64,000 bases of DNA, from assembly GCA_050950825.1 (NCBI GenBank), contig JBMNIH010000002.1, positions 192,001 to 256,000 on the forward strand, given 5' to 3'. The notes under the pieces were generated by a model, which was given only the letters and a program-made list of their open reading frames with translations, was not told where the DNA came from and made no database searches. Position numbers and translations under genes: made by a program. Shown one piece after another: positions 40,294 to 50,287 of the stretch; within the stretch, counting starts at the first letter, position 1, and every line of letters starts with the position of its first letter. Origin of the DNA: Clostridia bacterium. GTDB lineage: Bacteria > Bacillota > Clostridia > JAAYHZ01.

Positions 40294-41718
40294 TTGCATC
40301 AACTGTGTAAAGAGATATCTGAAAAATATAAATTTGAGTTTAATTTGGATTCCATTCTCTCCCGATTGGTTTACGGTAGAATACTATTCCCTTTATCGAA
40401 GCTTGGAACTTTTGAAGAATCAAAAAAGTTTATCGAACAACCGGATTTTAAGTTACATCAAATATACAGAGCGCTTGAATACCTCGCCAAAGAAATCGAT
40501 TTCATACAAAGCTTTTTATACAAAAATAGTCTTAAGATTTCGAAAAGAAATACCGGGATACTTTACTATGATTGCACGAACTTCTATTTCGAGATTGAAG
40601 AGGAAGACGGTATAAAGCAATACGGAGCGAGTAAGGACCACAAACCCAATCCAATCGTGCAGATGGGGCTATTCATGGACGGAGACGGTATTCCTCTTGC
40701 TTTTAGTCTTTTTAACGGGAACATGAATGAACAGCTCACGTTAAAGCCGTTGGAAAAGAAAATCCTGTCCGACTTCGAACTATCTAAGTTCGTTGTCTGT
40801 ACCGATGCGGGTCTTTCTTCAGAAGCCAATCGCAGGTTTAATGACAGAGAAGAACGTGCCTTTATCACCACGCAGTCCGTCAAAAAATTGAAAGCACATC
40901 TTAAAAAGTGGGCCCTTGATCCAACCGGTTGGAAACTTTCCGGGAGCGATAAGATTCATGATATTTCAAAACTTGATGAGATGATAGAAAAAGCCGACGC
41001 GAAGGGCAAAGAAAGAATACGCTCCATGGTTTTCTACAAAGAACGCTGGATTAAAGAAGATGATTTCGAGCAAAAATTGATTGTAACGTACTGTGTAAGA
41101 TACAGGGATTATCAGCGTAGTATACGTAATTCCCAAATAGAACGTGCGGAAAAGATAATGGAACAAAATCCTAGCGTGATAAAGAAATCCAGACAAAATG
41201 ACTGCAAACGATTTATCAAAAAGACAAACGTAACAACAAATGGTGAAATTGCAGAAAAAGAATTATACAGCATAGACACTGCTCTGATAGAGAAAGAAGC
41301 ATCTTATGACGGTTTTTATGGGGTATGCACGAATTTGGATGATGACGTATCACAAATTATCAAGATCAATCAGCGAAGATGGGAAATTGAAGAATGCTTC
41401 AGAATCATGAAAAGTGAGTTTGAAGCGAGACCCGTATATTTAACTCGAAAAGAACGAATAGAAGCGCATTTCATTACTTGCTTCATAGCTTTAGTTATTT
41501 ACAGACTTCTTGAAAAAAGGCTTAATGAAAAATTCACTTGCGGTGAGATTATCGGCGAATTAAGAGAAATGAACTTTAAGAGGATTGAAGGAGAGGGATA
41601 TGAGCCGCTTTATACAAGAACCGATTTCACCGATGCCTTACATGAAGCTTTTGGTTTTCATACGGATTATGAAATTGTCACTCTGAAGCAAATGAAAAAA
41701 ATTTTTAAAATCACAAAA
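40294..41718 (+). pseudogene. IS1634 transposase, C-terminal catalytic part
   Basis: YYDCTNFYFE, TDAGL, RWEIEECFRIMK, HFITCF. Confidence 0.9.
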
Positions 41719-42305
41719 TGTAGATGATTCACTGTCTCAAGTACAAAATCAACTTCCAAAGATGGACTCACTACCCATGCTAGGAGTTCTTTTGTACAGG
41801 CATCTATAATAGTAGACATATAGCATCTAGGTGCTCTACCGTTAATAATATATGTGATATCTGTAAGCAGAACTTTCCGTGGTCCATGTTCCTCAAACTC
41901 GCGATTCAGGAGATTTGGAGCGACATAGGAAGTACCTATCGCTTTTGCTATACGTCTGTATGGATTTGCTTTGCGAATTGGGCATTTTAATCCATACTTC
42001 TTCATAAGACGCCGAATCTTTTTTATGTTCATGACAACCGGTGGAGTCTGATGCAGTAATCTCATATAAATCCCACGTGCACCCTTATCATATCCTCTGT
42101 GTTTATATGCTTCTATGATGAGAAGAAAATCCTGTTGATCCTGTTCTTCTTTCTGTTTTCTAACTTCTTCTGTAGTGAGATAGTGATAATAGCCGGATCT
42201 AGAAACACCAGCGATTTCGCACAGGACAGAAACATTTAAAAGATTCCCATGCAGTGCTACTGTTTCTTGTATGATTTTATACTTGGCATTTGCAGGAATG
42301 ATCAT
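41719..42305 (-). pseudogene. IS3 OrfB fragment (first catalytic Asp only)
   Basis: GVSRSGYY, KKIRRLM, PNLLNREF, TDITY; lacks HSDQG and the catalytic Glu region. Confidence 0.85.
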
Positions 42306-42706
42306 AATTCCCGTGCCTCCGGATCTAAAGATACAATTTTTTTTAGAAACTCTATCTCTTGCTCCTTATATGCCAGTTGCATCTCTAGGTATTTAATCCT
42401 GTTTTCTGCTGACATATAGCCGTTTCCAGCTTGCATATAAGTATTCAAGTCACGGAATCCATTGCCTTTTTTTACTTCATTACGGATCATTGTTTTTAAT
42501 CCGCCAATCCTTATTTCGCCTAGTATCTCGGGATTAATGCCAAGAGATTTAACTATATCTTTTGGTAATTTCCCTTGCATTAGTGCATTCCAGAATTCTT
42601 TTTTGAATTCCGCAGAGAAGTGTACAGTGCTTGGTGATACATCCAGAACATACTTGCTTTTTCTTAACTCGGACATTTCTTCTGGGGTAAATTTCTTATT
42701 TGCCAT
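42302..42706 (-). CDS. IS3 OrfA
   Basis: FSAEFK HTH, coiled coil ending EFLKK on an A-run; ATGA overlap with orfB; GGAGG RBS. Confidence 0.8.
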   Translation of the reverse strand: MANKKFTPEEMSELRKSKYVLDVSPSTVHFSAEFKKEFWNALMQGKLPKDIVKSLGINPEILGEIRIGGLKTMIRNEVKKGNGFRDLNTYMQAGNGYMSAENRIKYLEMQLAYKEQEIEFLKKIVSLDPEAREL

Positions 42707-42827
42707 ATATGCCTCCAATCCAACTACATTTAACATTGTGCATTTTATTGATCAACAAAAAAAGCTTGAAACCCAGTATTCTCAACGGGTTTCAAGCTTT
42801 TTATTCTCAAAAAGTGTCAAAGACCGA

Positions 42828-43011
42828 ATTTTACCACATCACGGGTAAACAAATACATGCGCAATTGCTATAAATTTAATTTTTTTCGGTATTTTTATAC
42901 CGATTCTCTATCCTTTCTTCGGAACAGGAGCATGTAAAGAAAAAGATTGGCGATAAGCAGATCGGGATTTCCTGTAAAAAGTATCTTTTGTTTTCCCGAA
43001 TCCATCTTCTC
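42828..43011 (+). repeat. 184-bp direct repeat, copy 2
   Basis: Identical to 37437-37620; includes the last 117 bp of the patatin gene. Confidence 0.95.
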
Positions 43012-44187
43012 CATGATAATGGATTTTAAGGATTGCCTGCGATATTTTCCGACCTTTTTCGGCTTCCACAAAAGATCCGCTATCTCTTTCATCGGATTGT
43101 CATCGGAGGTATCTTGTATCACTTCTTTGTATTTTCCCAATATCGCATCGGCAAGAGTCGGAATCGTATATACCTTCAATCGGTCAACTTTTAAAATATC
43201 CGCCGTTATTTCCATGGCTGCGACAAATCCCGAAACCTCGTCGAAATTCGTACCGCAATAATTCTTCAAACGCCGAAGCATGCGGTAAATCATAAAACCG
43301 TCCGGTTTTCCTTGGCGATTCACCATTTCCATGTCCGTCATCCATCGGCCGTATTCTTCTTGCTTCGGAATTTCATACCATCCGGAAAAAGAATCTTCAT
43401 GATAGCTTAAATAATACCGGATACCCTTTACCATGCCGAAGGCCTTCAGCGTATCCAAGTAGCCGGTCTTCATATTGGTGTGCACTTGCTCTTTTTCAAA
43501 CTGCAAAACCCCGCCGGGATTCGTATTTTTTACGGTAATGATATTCAGCCCTTCGGTATCCACCTTTTTTACGCGACCGATAGCCGAAAGGTCCACCACG
43601 ATAAGATTTTTAAATCCTTTATCCGCCAGCACCGAAACGGGTACATTGTCGTAAACGCCACCGTCCACATACAGCTTGTCGTCTACGATATGGTCTTGAA
43701 AAAGAGGGAAAGCGGCGCTGGCCATGATATATTCCACTAGCTTTCCTTCCGGAATTTCGTCGATGTATTTTACGATAGGCTTCATATCGGTTAAAGAGAA
43801 GGTAACCAAACCGTAGAAAATGTCGGATTTTCGAATTTTTTCTTCATCGATATTTTGGGATAACAAGACCTTCAGCGCATGGGTATCCAACCCTCTGTTT
43901 TTAATAATGTTTTTTACATAATCGATTTTTTCTTGGAAGGACATTTTGCTTCGCTTTTCCGCATCGAATAAAGCAAAGTCAAATATGACATCGTAATCGA
44001 TGTTCTCCCACACTCTTTTTGCCAATTCGAAATCCTTTTGTGCGAAAATCGCACCGTTAATGGCTCCTACCGATGTGCCGGCAACTGCGGCAATTTTAAT
44101 GTTCATTTCTTGGAGAGCTTTCCATACTCCCAATTGGTAAGAACCTCTTGCTCCGCCGCCGGCCAATATCAAACCGTATTCCGTCAT
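42895..44187 (-). CDS. Patatin-like phospholipase
   Basis: GGGARG, GTSVG, DGG motifs. Confidence 0.92.
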   Translation of the reverse strand: MTEYGLILAGGGARGSYQLGVWKALQEMNIKIAAVAGTSVGAINGAIFAQKDFELAKRVWENIDYDVIFDFALFDAEKRSKMSFQEKIDYVKNIIKNRGLDTHALKVLLSQNIDEEKIRKSDIFYGLVTFSLTDMKPIVKYIDEIPEGKLVEYIMASAAFPLFQDHIVDDKLYVDGGVYDNVPVSVLADKGFKNLIVVDLSAIGRVKKVDTEGLNIITVKNTNPGGVLQFEKEQVHTNMKTGYLDTLKAFGMVKGIRYYLSYHEDSFSGWYEIPKQEEYGRWMTDMEMVNRQGKPDGFMIYRMLRRLKNYCGTNFDEVSGFVAAMEITADILKVDRLKVYTIPTLADAILGKYKEVIQDTSDDNPMKEIADLLWKPKKVGKYRRQSLKSIIMEKMDSGKQKILFTGNPDLLIANLFLYMLLFRRKDRESV

Positions 44188-44203
44188 GTTTTCACCTGTT
44201 TTG

Positions 44204-45307
44204 TCATTTTATATTCCAATAATCGCTTTCTTCATTGCAATTCTTTAGTTTAACCGCCATTATTTTTGACCTTAAAGCCGCATTTCGGATCCAAGGCGTA
44301 TAATATATTTTGCTTTTTGCAATCTTTCCTATGATATTTTGTCTTAACTTCGCCACGCCCTTTTCATAAAGGGCCAAGTATCTCTTCGGATCGGTCATTA
44401 TTGCGTGATAGAGCTCGTAAGAGGTTTTTAGGGCGTAGCTGATGCCTTCCGCCGAGCTGGTACTGATAAATCCCCCCGCTTCCCCGATCAAAGGGATGTC
44501 GCCGGACCGGCAACAAGGCAGTGCCGTAAATTCGGGACGAGCAATGAGGGTGCTTCGCTCGTTGATTTTTCTACCGGGGTTGATTCCCAATTCTCTCATA
44601 CGCCGAACCAAGACCTCCATGGAATCTTTTTTATATCGGTCTTCCGATACGGCGTATCCTACGACCAGCTTATCCGCCTTCGGTATCATCCAGCCGTAAA
44701 AGTCCGTTAATCGTATATCAAAAAAGGAATAATACATAAAATACCGTTCATCCGCTTCGTATGCACATTGCACGGATATGTACCGAGGAACCTTTTGTAC
44801 ATTTCCGAGACGCGCCGTTTTCGAAACGCCCCCGTCGGCGCCAACCAAGGTTTTACACAAAAAGACTTCTTCCTTGCCGTTTTTTCGAACGGTCACCTTA
44901 TGGAAGTCTTTTTCCTTTTGAGCGTTCAGAAAAAGCGTATTTTCCCAAAGCTCCACATGTCCTTCCGACAGCGAATAAAGCCATCGGTCCAATTTCGCTC
45001 GATCGGTGTTGATATAAAAGCGTTGGTAGACGGCGCTTGCACCGGTTTTCAAATCCACGGCGTTTACGGCGAAAATTTGGGGATCAATCAATACGCGGAC
45101 CGGAATGCTCAAACGCTGGCAGGCAAACTCTTTTTGTGCATCCGGAGCCAGTAGCCCTCCGCACAGCTTCCCCTCTTTGATCATATCCTCTTGCCCCGAT
45201 ATGTTTCTTTTATCAATGAGCAAAATATCCTGTTTTCCTTTTAGTAGTCTTGCCAAATTCAAGCCTGCAATTCCGCACCCTACGATGCAAAGATCAAATG
45301 TTTTCAT
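44204..45307 (-). CDS. FAD-dependent oxidoreductase (geranylgeranyl reductase/CbrA-like)
   Basis: IVGCGIAG, KLCGGLL, GADG, IGEAGG..S..SAEGISYA. Confidence 0.8.
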   Translation of the reverse strand: MKTFDLCIVGCGIAGLNLARLLKGKQDILLIDKRNISGQEDMIKEGKLCGGLLAPDAQKEFACQRLSIPVRVLIDPQIFAVNAVDLKTGASAVYQRFYINTDRAKLDRWLYSLSEGHVELWENTLFLNAQKEKDFHKVTVRKNGKEEVFLCKTLVGADGGVSKTARLGNVQKVPRYISVQCAYEADERYFMYYSFFDIRLTDFYGWMIPKADKLVVGYAVSEDRYKKDSMEVLVRRMRELGINPGRKINERSTLIARPEFTALPCCRSGDIPLIGEAGGFISTSSAEGISYALKTSYELYHAIMTDPKRYLALYEKGVAKLRQNIIGKIAKSKIYYTPWIRNAALRSKIMAVKLKNCNEESDYWNIK

Positions 45308-45340
45308 TCTATCTTCTTCCGCCTTCCGCGCTCGATTCGG

Positions 45341-46174
45341 TTATTTCTCCGCCATGATGTCAACCGTCACGGATTTGATAACCGCCAAGAATTCTCGTAA
45401 ATAACTGTTCGGTCGAATATACCAAGGCGTTTTCCCGGGTATTCCGTAGGGCGTAAATCCGTAGTGCTTCGCCAGCATTTTCGAGCGAAACATGTGAAAA
45501 TCACTGGTTGCGATGACCGTTTTCGCATCGATTTGTCCAAAGCGTTCTTCGATGATTTGCTTCGAAAACTTCATATTCTCGTTGGTGCTGGTTGACTTAG
45601 ACTCCGTCAATATTTTTTCTTCCGGTATACCCTTTGACATTAAATAGTTTTTCATAGCCGTCGCTTCCGGGACGGGCTCCTTCGGCCCTTGCCCGCCGGA
45701 GACCACAAATACGGCATCCGGATGTTGATTGTAATATTCCAATGCCGCATCCAAACGATTTTGTAATGTCTGCGTCAGACTCCCGTCGGGAAAAATGCCG
45801 CAACCTAAGACAAGGATAAAATCCGCCTTTTCATCCGACGATACGGTTTTCGATGCATGATAAATAATCAAGCCTTCTACAACAGCAAAAAGGATTAAGC
45901 CCGCTAAAAAAATTGCGTACGCCCCCTTCCGAAGCTTTCGGTTCCCTATGATCGGTCCTTTCTTTTTCAATCTTAAAAGAGAATAAAGAATGAGGACGGA
46001 ACCAAAAAGCGCCGGCATAATCAACCCCGCATCGATTCCGGGCATGAACGGTATTAATACAATCGTATCCAAAATGCCTGCAATTCCTAAGGCTATGAAT
46101 ATATACCACAGGAGATTGGTCCTTCTTTTTTTCGTTTTCTTCGTATCTTTGATGTCCATGATGTTCTTCGTCAT
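45341..46174 (-). CDS. YdcF/ElyC (DUF218) family membrane protein
   Basis: LVLG, SGGQG, E.KSTSTNEN, TSDFHMFR, YLRE. Confidence 0.88.
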   Translation of the reverse strand: MTKNIMDIKDTKKTKKRRTNLLWYIFIALGIAGILDTIVLIPFMPGIDAGLIMPALFGSVLILYSLLRLKKKGPIIGNRKLRKGAYAIFLAGLILFAVVEGLIIYHASKTVSSDEKADFILVLGCGIFPDGSLTQTLQNRLDAALEYYNQHPDAVFVVSGGQGPKEPVPEATAMKNYLMSKGIPEEKILTESKSTSTNENMKFSKQIIEERFGQIDAKTVIATSDFHMFRSKMLAKHYGFTPYGIPGKTPWYIRPNSYLREFLAVIKSVTVDIMAEK

Positions 46175-46224
46175 ATGTACATAATAAACTTTTCCATTAA
46201 CTGTGTCAATTTACTTATAAGCTT

Positions 46225-48000
46225 GATAGTGTCAACTTACTGTAGGGAAAAAATGAATAGATGACATCCTGAATTTTTGTTAGAGCAACACTACTATGGG
46301 AATGCTGCTAATAGCAAGAATCCCTCATATAATCTGCCGGATAGAGCAGACTCTTCACGTGTTCGTGGTTGTTGTCTACCCAATTATATCACATCAACAT
46401 CACCTTTTGTAAGAAGTCGGGTTTTCCCTACAATCTTATCCACACAAACCTCTTAACCATTTCAATTCATTGTATAAACCGGTTTTATGCCCTTTCGCAA
46501 GAACCGTTAGTTTACTGTTCCATACATTCTCATAACCGCTTGATAATCTCCTTAATTCTTTTATCAGTATTTCTTGTTCTTCTCGTTTTTTGACCGCTGC
46601 TTTTCTTCGCTTTTGTGCCATAACCAAGTCATATACCCTTCCGCCGTTCTTTGTATAGATCAATAACTTCGACATCTTTTCTACACCGATTTTAGACCAT
46701 CCTCTGGGGCGTGTACTCAAACGATCGGAATATACATGACTTATATGACCTTCCGCACTACAGCCGACAATTTCAGCCCCCTTGTCTTTTTTTATTTTTA
46801 TCCCGTCCCAATTATTTAATATATATCGCTTTGCACCTTTTATGGTTTCCAGTTTGCTATCATTGCTTGTCAATTCAATTATTTTTTCAAATGTCTCCTT
46901 CACTTTGTTTTTATCGGCATGGTTTATCGCTTCCTCCAGTTCTTGCCGTATCGTTCTGTCATCCAAATGAGCCGTTGCTTGTTTAATGTATTTTTTTAGA
47001 TGGAAGTTATCCAACACAAACTTACTCTTTGGCAGCCAATTCAGACCATTCTTAATCCATGAAGCTCCGTCACCCGATAAGTATATGGTTTCCAAGCATT
47101 CGACATCGTACTGTTCGTCTATGTAGTCCGCCACTTTAATCCAAAGATCATCCGTGTTTTCACATATTTCTCCGAAATAGCGGACATTCTTTAATACATT
47201 TCTGTTTTTGCTGCTTTTTTCCGTATCAATTCCCTCATGCACATAAACAAGTTTCGGTGTGACTTTCTTTTTTGTGCCTTTCTTTTCTTTTGATACACAC
47301 TTGGTTTGTAAAGATACATAATCCTCATCCGCCTCGACGTACAATGTTTTCAACTTCTTCTTTTTTTCCACCTTTATTTCGGGCTCGATGATCTCCAGAT
47401 TATGTATTTTCTTCATTACCGCTTGTTTGCTGATTTCATCAAGGTATGTGGCCATTTCTCCCGCTTTCCTGTAACTGCTTTCAACGGCTTCTTCTATTAC
47501 ATTAATAACGACATCTGCACTTACTCTATCATGCGGTTCTATTCCTATAATCTTATCGACCAAGTATTCTCGTTTACCTCCATTTTTCAGCTTAAAATAT
47601 GTCCTGCTATATCTAACCTCTCCGAAAATCGTTAAAATCTTGTTTTCGTCTTTTCTGATAATTTCCCAGTACTTTTTTCTCTCTTCATTGTTTCTCAATA
47701 GATCATCCATATCTTCAATTACTTCTTGTAAGATATTTCTAATAAGTTCAAACACATCTTCTTTTAAATTCAGGATCAAGTCTGCCAAGTCTCCACCGTT
47801 ACTTACAAAATCTTTAACCCTTTTTTCAATATTTTTTACCCCAAATTCGATAAAATGGTTTATACTATTGTACATAGATGACATCCTTTCTTAAGAATAT
47901 TTGTTTTAGGTTTATTAAATATATCTTAACAGGATGTCATCTTCTTTTCAATTATAGCTGGTATTTTATTCCTCAATCCCTACAGTAACTTTACTCTATG
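46225..48000 (-). mobile_element. Intact ISLre2-family element with 8-bp target duplication
   Basis: Imperfect 22-bp IRs GATAGTGTCAACTTACTGTAGG / CCTACAGTAACTTTACTCTATG; ATAAGCTT at 46217-46224 and 48001-48008. Confidence 0.92.
46436..47884 (-). CDS. ISLre2-family (UPF0236) transposase
   Basis: EADED, SGDGASWI, LDNFH, GCSAEG, RPRGWS; start at 47884 or 47875. Confidence 0.9.
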   Translation of the reverse strand: MSSMYNSINHFIEFGVKNIEKRVKDFVSNGGDLADLILNLKEDVFELIRNILQEVIEDMDDLLRNNEERKKYWEIIRKDENKILTIFGEVRYSRTYFKLKNGGKREYLVDKIIGIEPHDRVSADVVINVIEEAVESSYRKAGEMATYLDEISKQAVMKKIHNLEIIEPEIKVEKKKKLKTLYVEADEDYVSLQTKCVSKEKKGTKKKVTPKLVYVHEGIDTEKSSKNRNVLKNVRYFGEICENTDDLWIKVADYIDEQYDVECLETIYLSGDGASWIKNGLNWLPKSKFVLDNFHLKKYIKQATAHLDDRTIRQELEEAINHADKNKVKETFEKIIELTSNDSKLETIKGAKRYILNNWDGIKIKKDKGAEIVGCSAEGHISHVYSDRLSTRPRGWSKIGVEKMSKLLIYTKNGGRVYDLVMAQKRRKAAVKKREEQEILIKELRRLSSGYENVWNSKLTVLAKGHKTGLYNELKWLRGLCG

Positions 48001-48084
48001 ATAAGCTTCGAGCTTCATCCGATGATTTATAATCCTTTAATTCCTAATATTGGATAATAAGTTGTTTATATTATAAGCCGGCTT

Positions 48085-49433
48085 ATGTTAGAATATATTT
48101 ACAATATAGATGGAATGGAGGGAGTTTTTTTGTCACGTCAGAATATAAGCATGACACCGGTGGAACGGAACGTGAAAGAGTGCCTCCGGAAGTTCGCTCC
48201 CCGCACAGGCCGCAAAAACGTTGCCTGTCTCAAGAAACGTATCGGCCGGTCGTGCAGTGCAAATGCCGCCGCCATGACCGAAACAAAAAGGGAAATTAAA
48301 AAGCATATCACTTTAATCGCACGAAAATCGAAAACACTTTCAATAATGCTGGCTGCAGTATTCTTGTCTGCGGCTTTTACGACGGGTTGTACCTATACCG
48401 GAGCCGAATTCAAAAAAGGCGTTCATAGTATGGAGTATGAGACAACCGAAGCGCAAGAGGATGAAGGGACCGAAAAACTTGTTTCATCCGAGGATATTCT
48501 CAAAAAGCTTGACGAGATTATCGGAAATCCTCGTCTCTCCGGGGATGAATTAAAGTCTGAAGGAGACCTTCTTGGAATGGAAACGGTAACGGTTGAAACC
48601 GTGGAAGAGTTTCTTGATTCAATTGGACCCCATAAGGTTATAAAACTGAGTCCCGGAACATACCGATTGGATGAATTACCGAGCGGTTATAAAGGCAATG
48701 AATACGTACGCATCCAAGAGGAAAGGCAAGGAAACCGATTCGGAGGCAAGGAGATCGTAATCCGTGATGTGGAAAACTTATGGATAGAGGGACTTGGAAA
48801 CGAGCGAGTGAACGTGGTGACGGCAGATCAAGAGGCAAACGTACTGACCTTTGAAAACGCAAGCTATGTTTTTATTGATAATTTATGCTTAGGCCACCTG
48901 CCGAAAAAAGGCGGCTGCTACGGAGGGGTCGCTGTCTTCATAAATTCCGCTAAAATAAGGATTGAGAATACCGAGTTATTCGGATGCGGGATTAACGGCC
49001 TTGAGCTGTGCAATACCGAGGATGTCTTATTTACACGCTCCGTCATTACCGACTGCTCATCCGGCATCCTGTTTTTAAGCAATTCGTCGAGAGTATGCTT
49101 TGAGTACTCAAGCTTCAAGGAGAACAGAGGAACGGCCTTCGTGAATATAAACAACTGCAGCGATGTGATTTTTAGAGGCTGTAGCTTTGAGAACAATACG
49201 GCGGTTACCGACATTGCGGCTCTTTTCGTTATTGATTGCGCTTATTCCCCTACGTATATTACTCCGAGCCTAAAGATTTGGTATCGGACGTTTTGGTCGC
49301 CGATACCCGTTTCGCCAATAACGAAATAACATCAAACCGGTTCGCGAGGTTTTCCGACAATAGCGGCAACAGTATAAAATTAGAAAACAACACATTTGAG
49401 GGCAGCGGTCCGTACCCCGATGCTTCGAGCTAA
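48085..49433 (+). pseudogene. Right-handed parallel beta-helix lipoprotein with a probable frameshift near 49250
   Basis: Lipobox-like FTTGC, IKLSPGTY, beta-helix repeats; the repeat-like sequence continues in the -1 frame (ORF 49236..49433); start uncertain. Confidence 0.6.
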
Positions 49434-50113
49434 CGAACGGTATCCATTCGCTTATGGATTTTAGCCGCCGCCTTAATAAAGCCCCGTTCTTCGGGTATGT
49501 ATTCGTCGCATAAAGTCAAGATTTCTTCTTTGTTTTTTATCTCAAATTCGTCCTCTACCCCTACGATATAAAACCCTAAAGCCTTTGCCGTTTTGATGCT
49601 GTATAAAGCATCCTCGAATAGGGCTACATCCTCCGCTTCACAGTCGAATTTTCTTAAAACCGCATGGAATATGTCAGGATCGTGTTTTCCTTTCGGGTAG
49701 TCGTCCGGTGTAAGAATAAAATCAAAATAATCTCGAATACCGGTCTTTTCAAGGGCGATTTCCACCTGTTTACCGGGTGTTGCGGATGCAACACACATCG
49801 GAATGTTCTTTTCCGCAAGGGCTTCCAAAAACTCCACGGCACCTTTTTTCGGTTCCGCACTGTGCCTGTAATGGTATTCAATAACCGATAAAACGTCTTG
49901 GAAGGATACTTTGTCTAAAAGATTCGTCCCGGTTAAGGATCGAATGTATTCCAATCCGCTTCTTACGGTCATTTTTCGAAGCACGCATTCAAGATCATCG
50001 GTCATACCCTTGACGCCTCTTTGCTTTGCAATCTCGAAAGCGGCACTTCTCCAATATTTCATGGTATCAAGCAATGTTCCGTCCATATCAAATACGGCAT
50101 AACGATAACGCAT
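49430..50113 (-). CDS. HAD family phosphatase
   Basis: FDMDGTLLDT, GK..PDIF, FEDA. Confidence 0.9.
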   Translation of the reverse strand: MRYRYAVFDMDGTLLDTMKYWRSAAFEIAKQRGVKGMTDDLECVLRKMTVRSGLEYIRSLTGTNLLDKVSFQDVLSVIEYHYRHSAEPKKGAVEFLEALAEKNIPMCVASATPGKQVEIALEKTGIRDYFDFILTPDDYPKGKHDPDIFHAVLRKFDCEAEDVALFEDALYSIKTAKALGFYIVGVEDEFEIKNKEEILTLCDEYIPEERGFIKAAAKIHKRMDTVR

Positions 50114-50163
50114 TTTTACCCCCTAGTCCCTTTATAACATGCCGTCAAAAAAAACGTATACAA

Positions 50164-50196
50164 TAAAAGAAGCCGTTGAAACGACGGACTTCTTTT
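50164..50196 (-). terminator. Terminator of the tRNA operon
   Basis: AAAAGAAG-CCGT...ACGG-ACTTCTTTT hairpin. Confidence 0.65.
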
Positions 50197-50199
50197 AAA

Positions 50200-50284
50200 T
50201 GGTGGAGGAAGGTGGATTCGAACCACCGAAGGCACTGCCAACAGATTTACAGTCTGCCCCCTTTGGCCGCTCGGGAATTCCTCC
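50200..50284 (-). tRNA. tRNA-Tyr(GTA)
   Basis: 85 nt, long variable arm, anticodon loop CTGTAAA, encoded CCA. Confidence 0.95.
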
Positions 50285-50287
50285 GTA

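Larger units (their letters stand above)
41719..42757 (-). mobile_element. IS3-family element truncated inside orfB
   Basis: orfA/orfB pair; left end TGTTGATCAATAAAATGCACA; other boundary TGTAGATGATT lies within orfB; A-runs consistent with a 3-bp AAA duplication. Confidence 0.85.
37621..42827 (+). mobile_element. IS1634-family element carrying nested IS21 and IS3 fragments
   Basis: Terminal IR GGTCTTTGACA / TGTCAAAGACC; 184-bp flanking direct repeat; transposase split into 37760-38074, 40294-41718 and 42761-42769. Confidence 0.9.

Noticed and set aside
40261-41727. 488-aa ORF as a complete transposase
   Set aside because: The start comes from antisense istA and the stop from the IS3 insert; it is the middle part of the split IS1634 gene
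37437-43011. Direct repeats as prophage or island att sites
   Set aside because: No integrase or tRNA target; the repeats abut IS1634 inverted repeats exactly
44204-45307. Colicin M resistance function for the CbrA-like gene
   Set aside because: Only family-level similarity is visible, and that function is unlikely in a monoderm host
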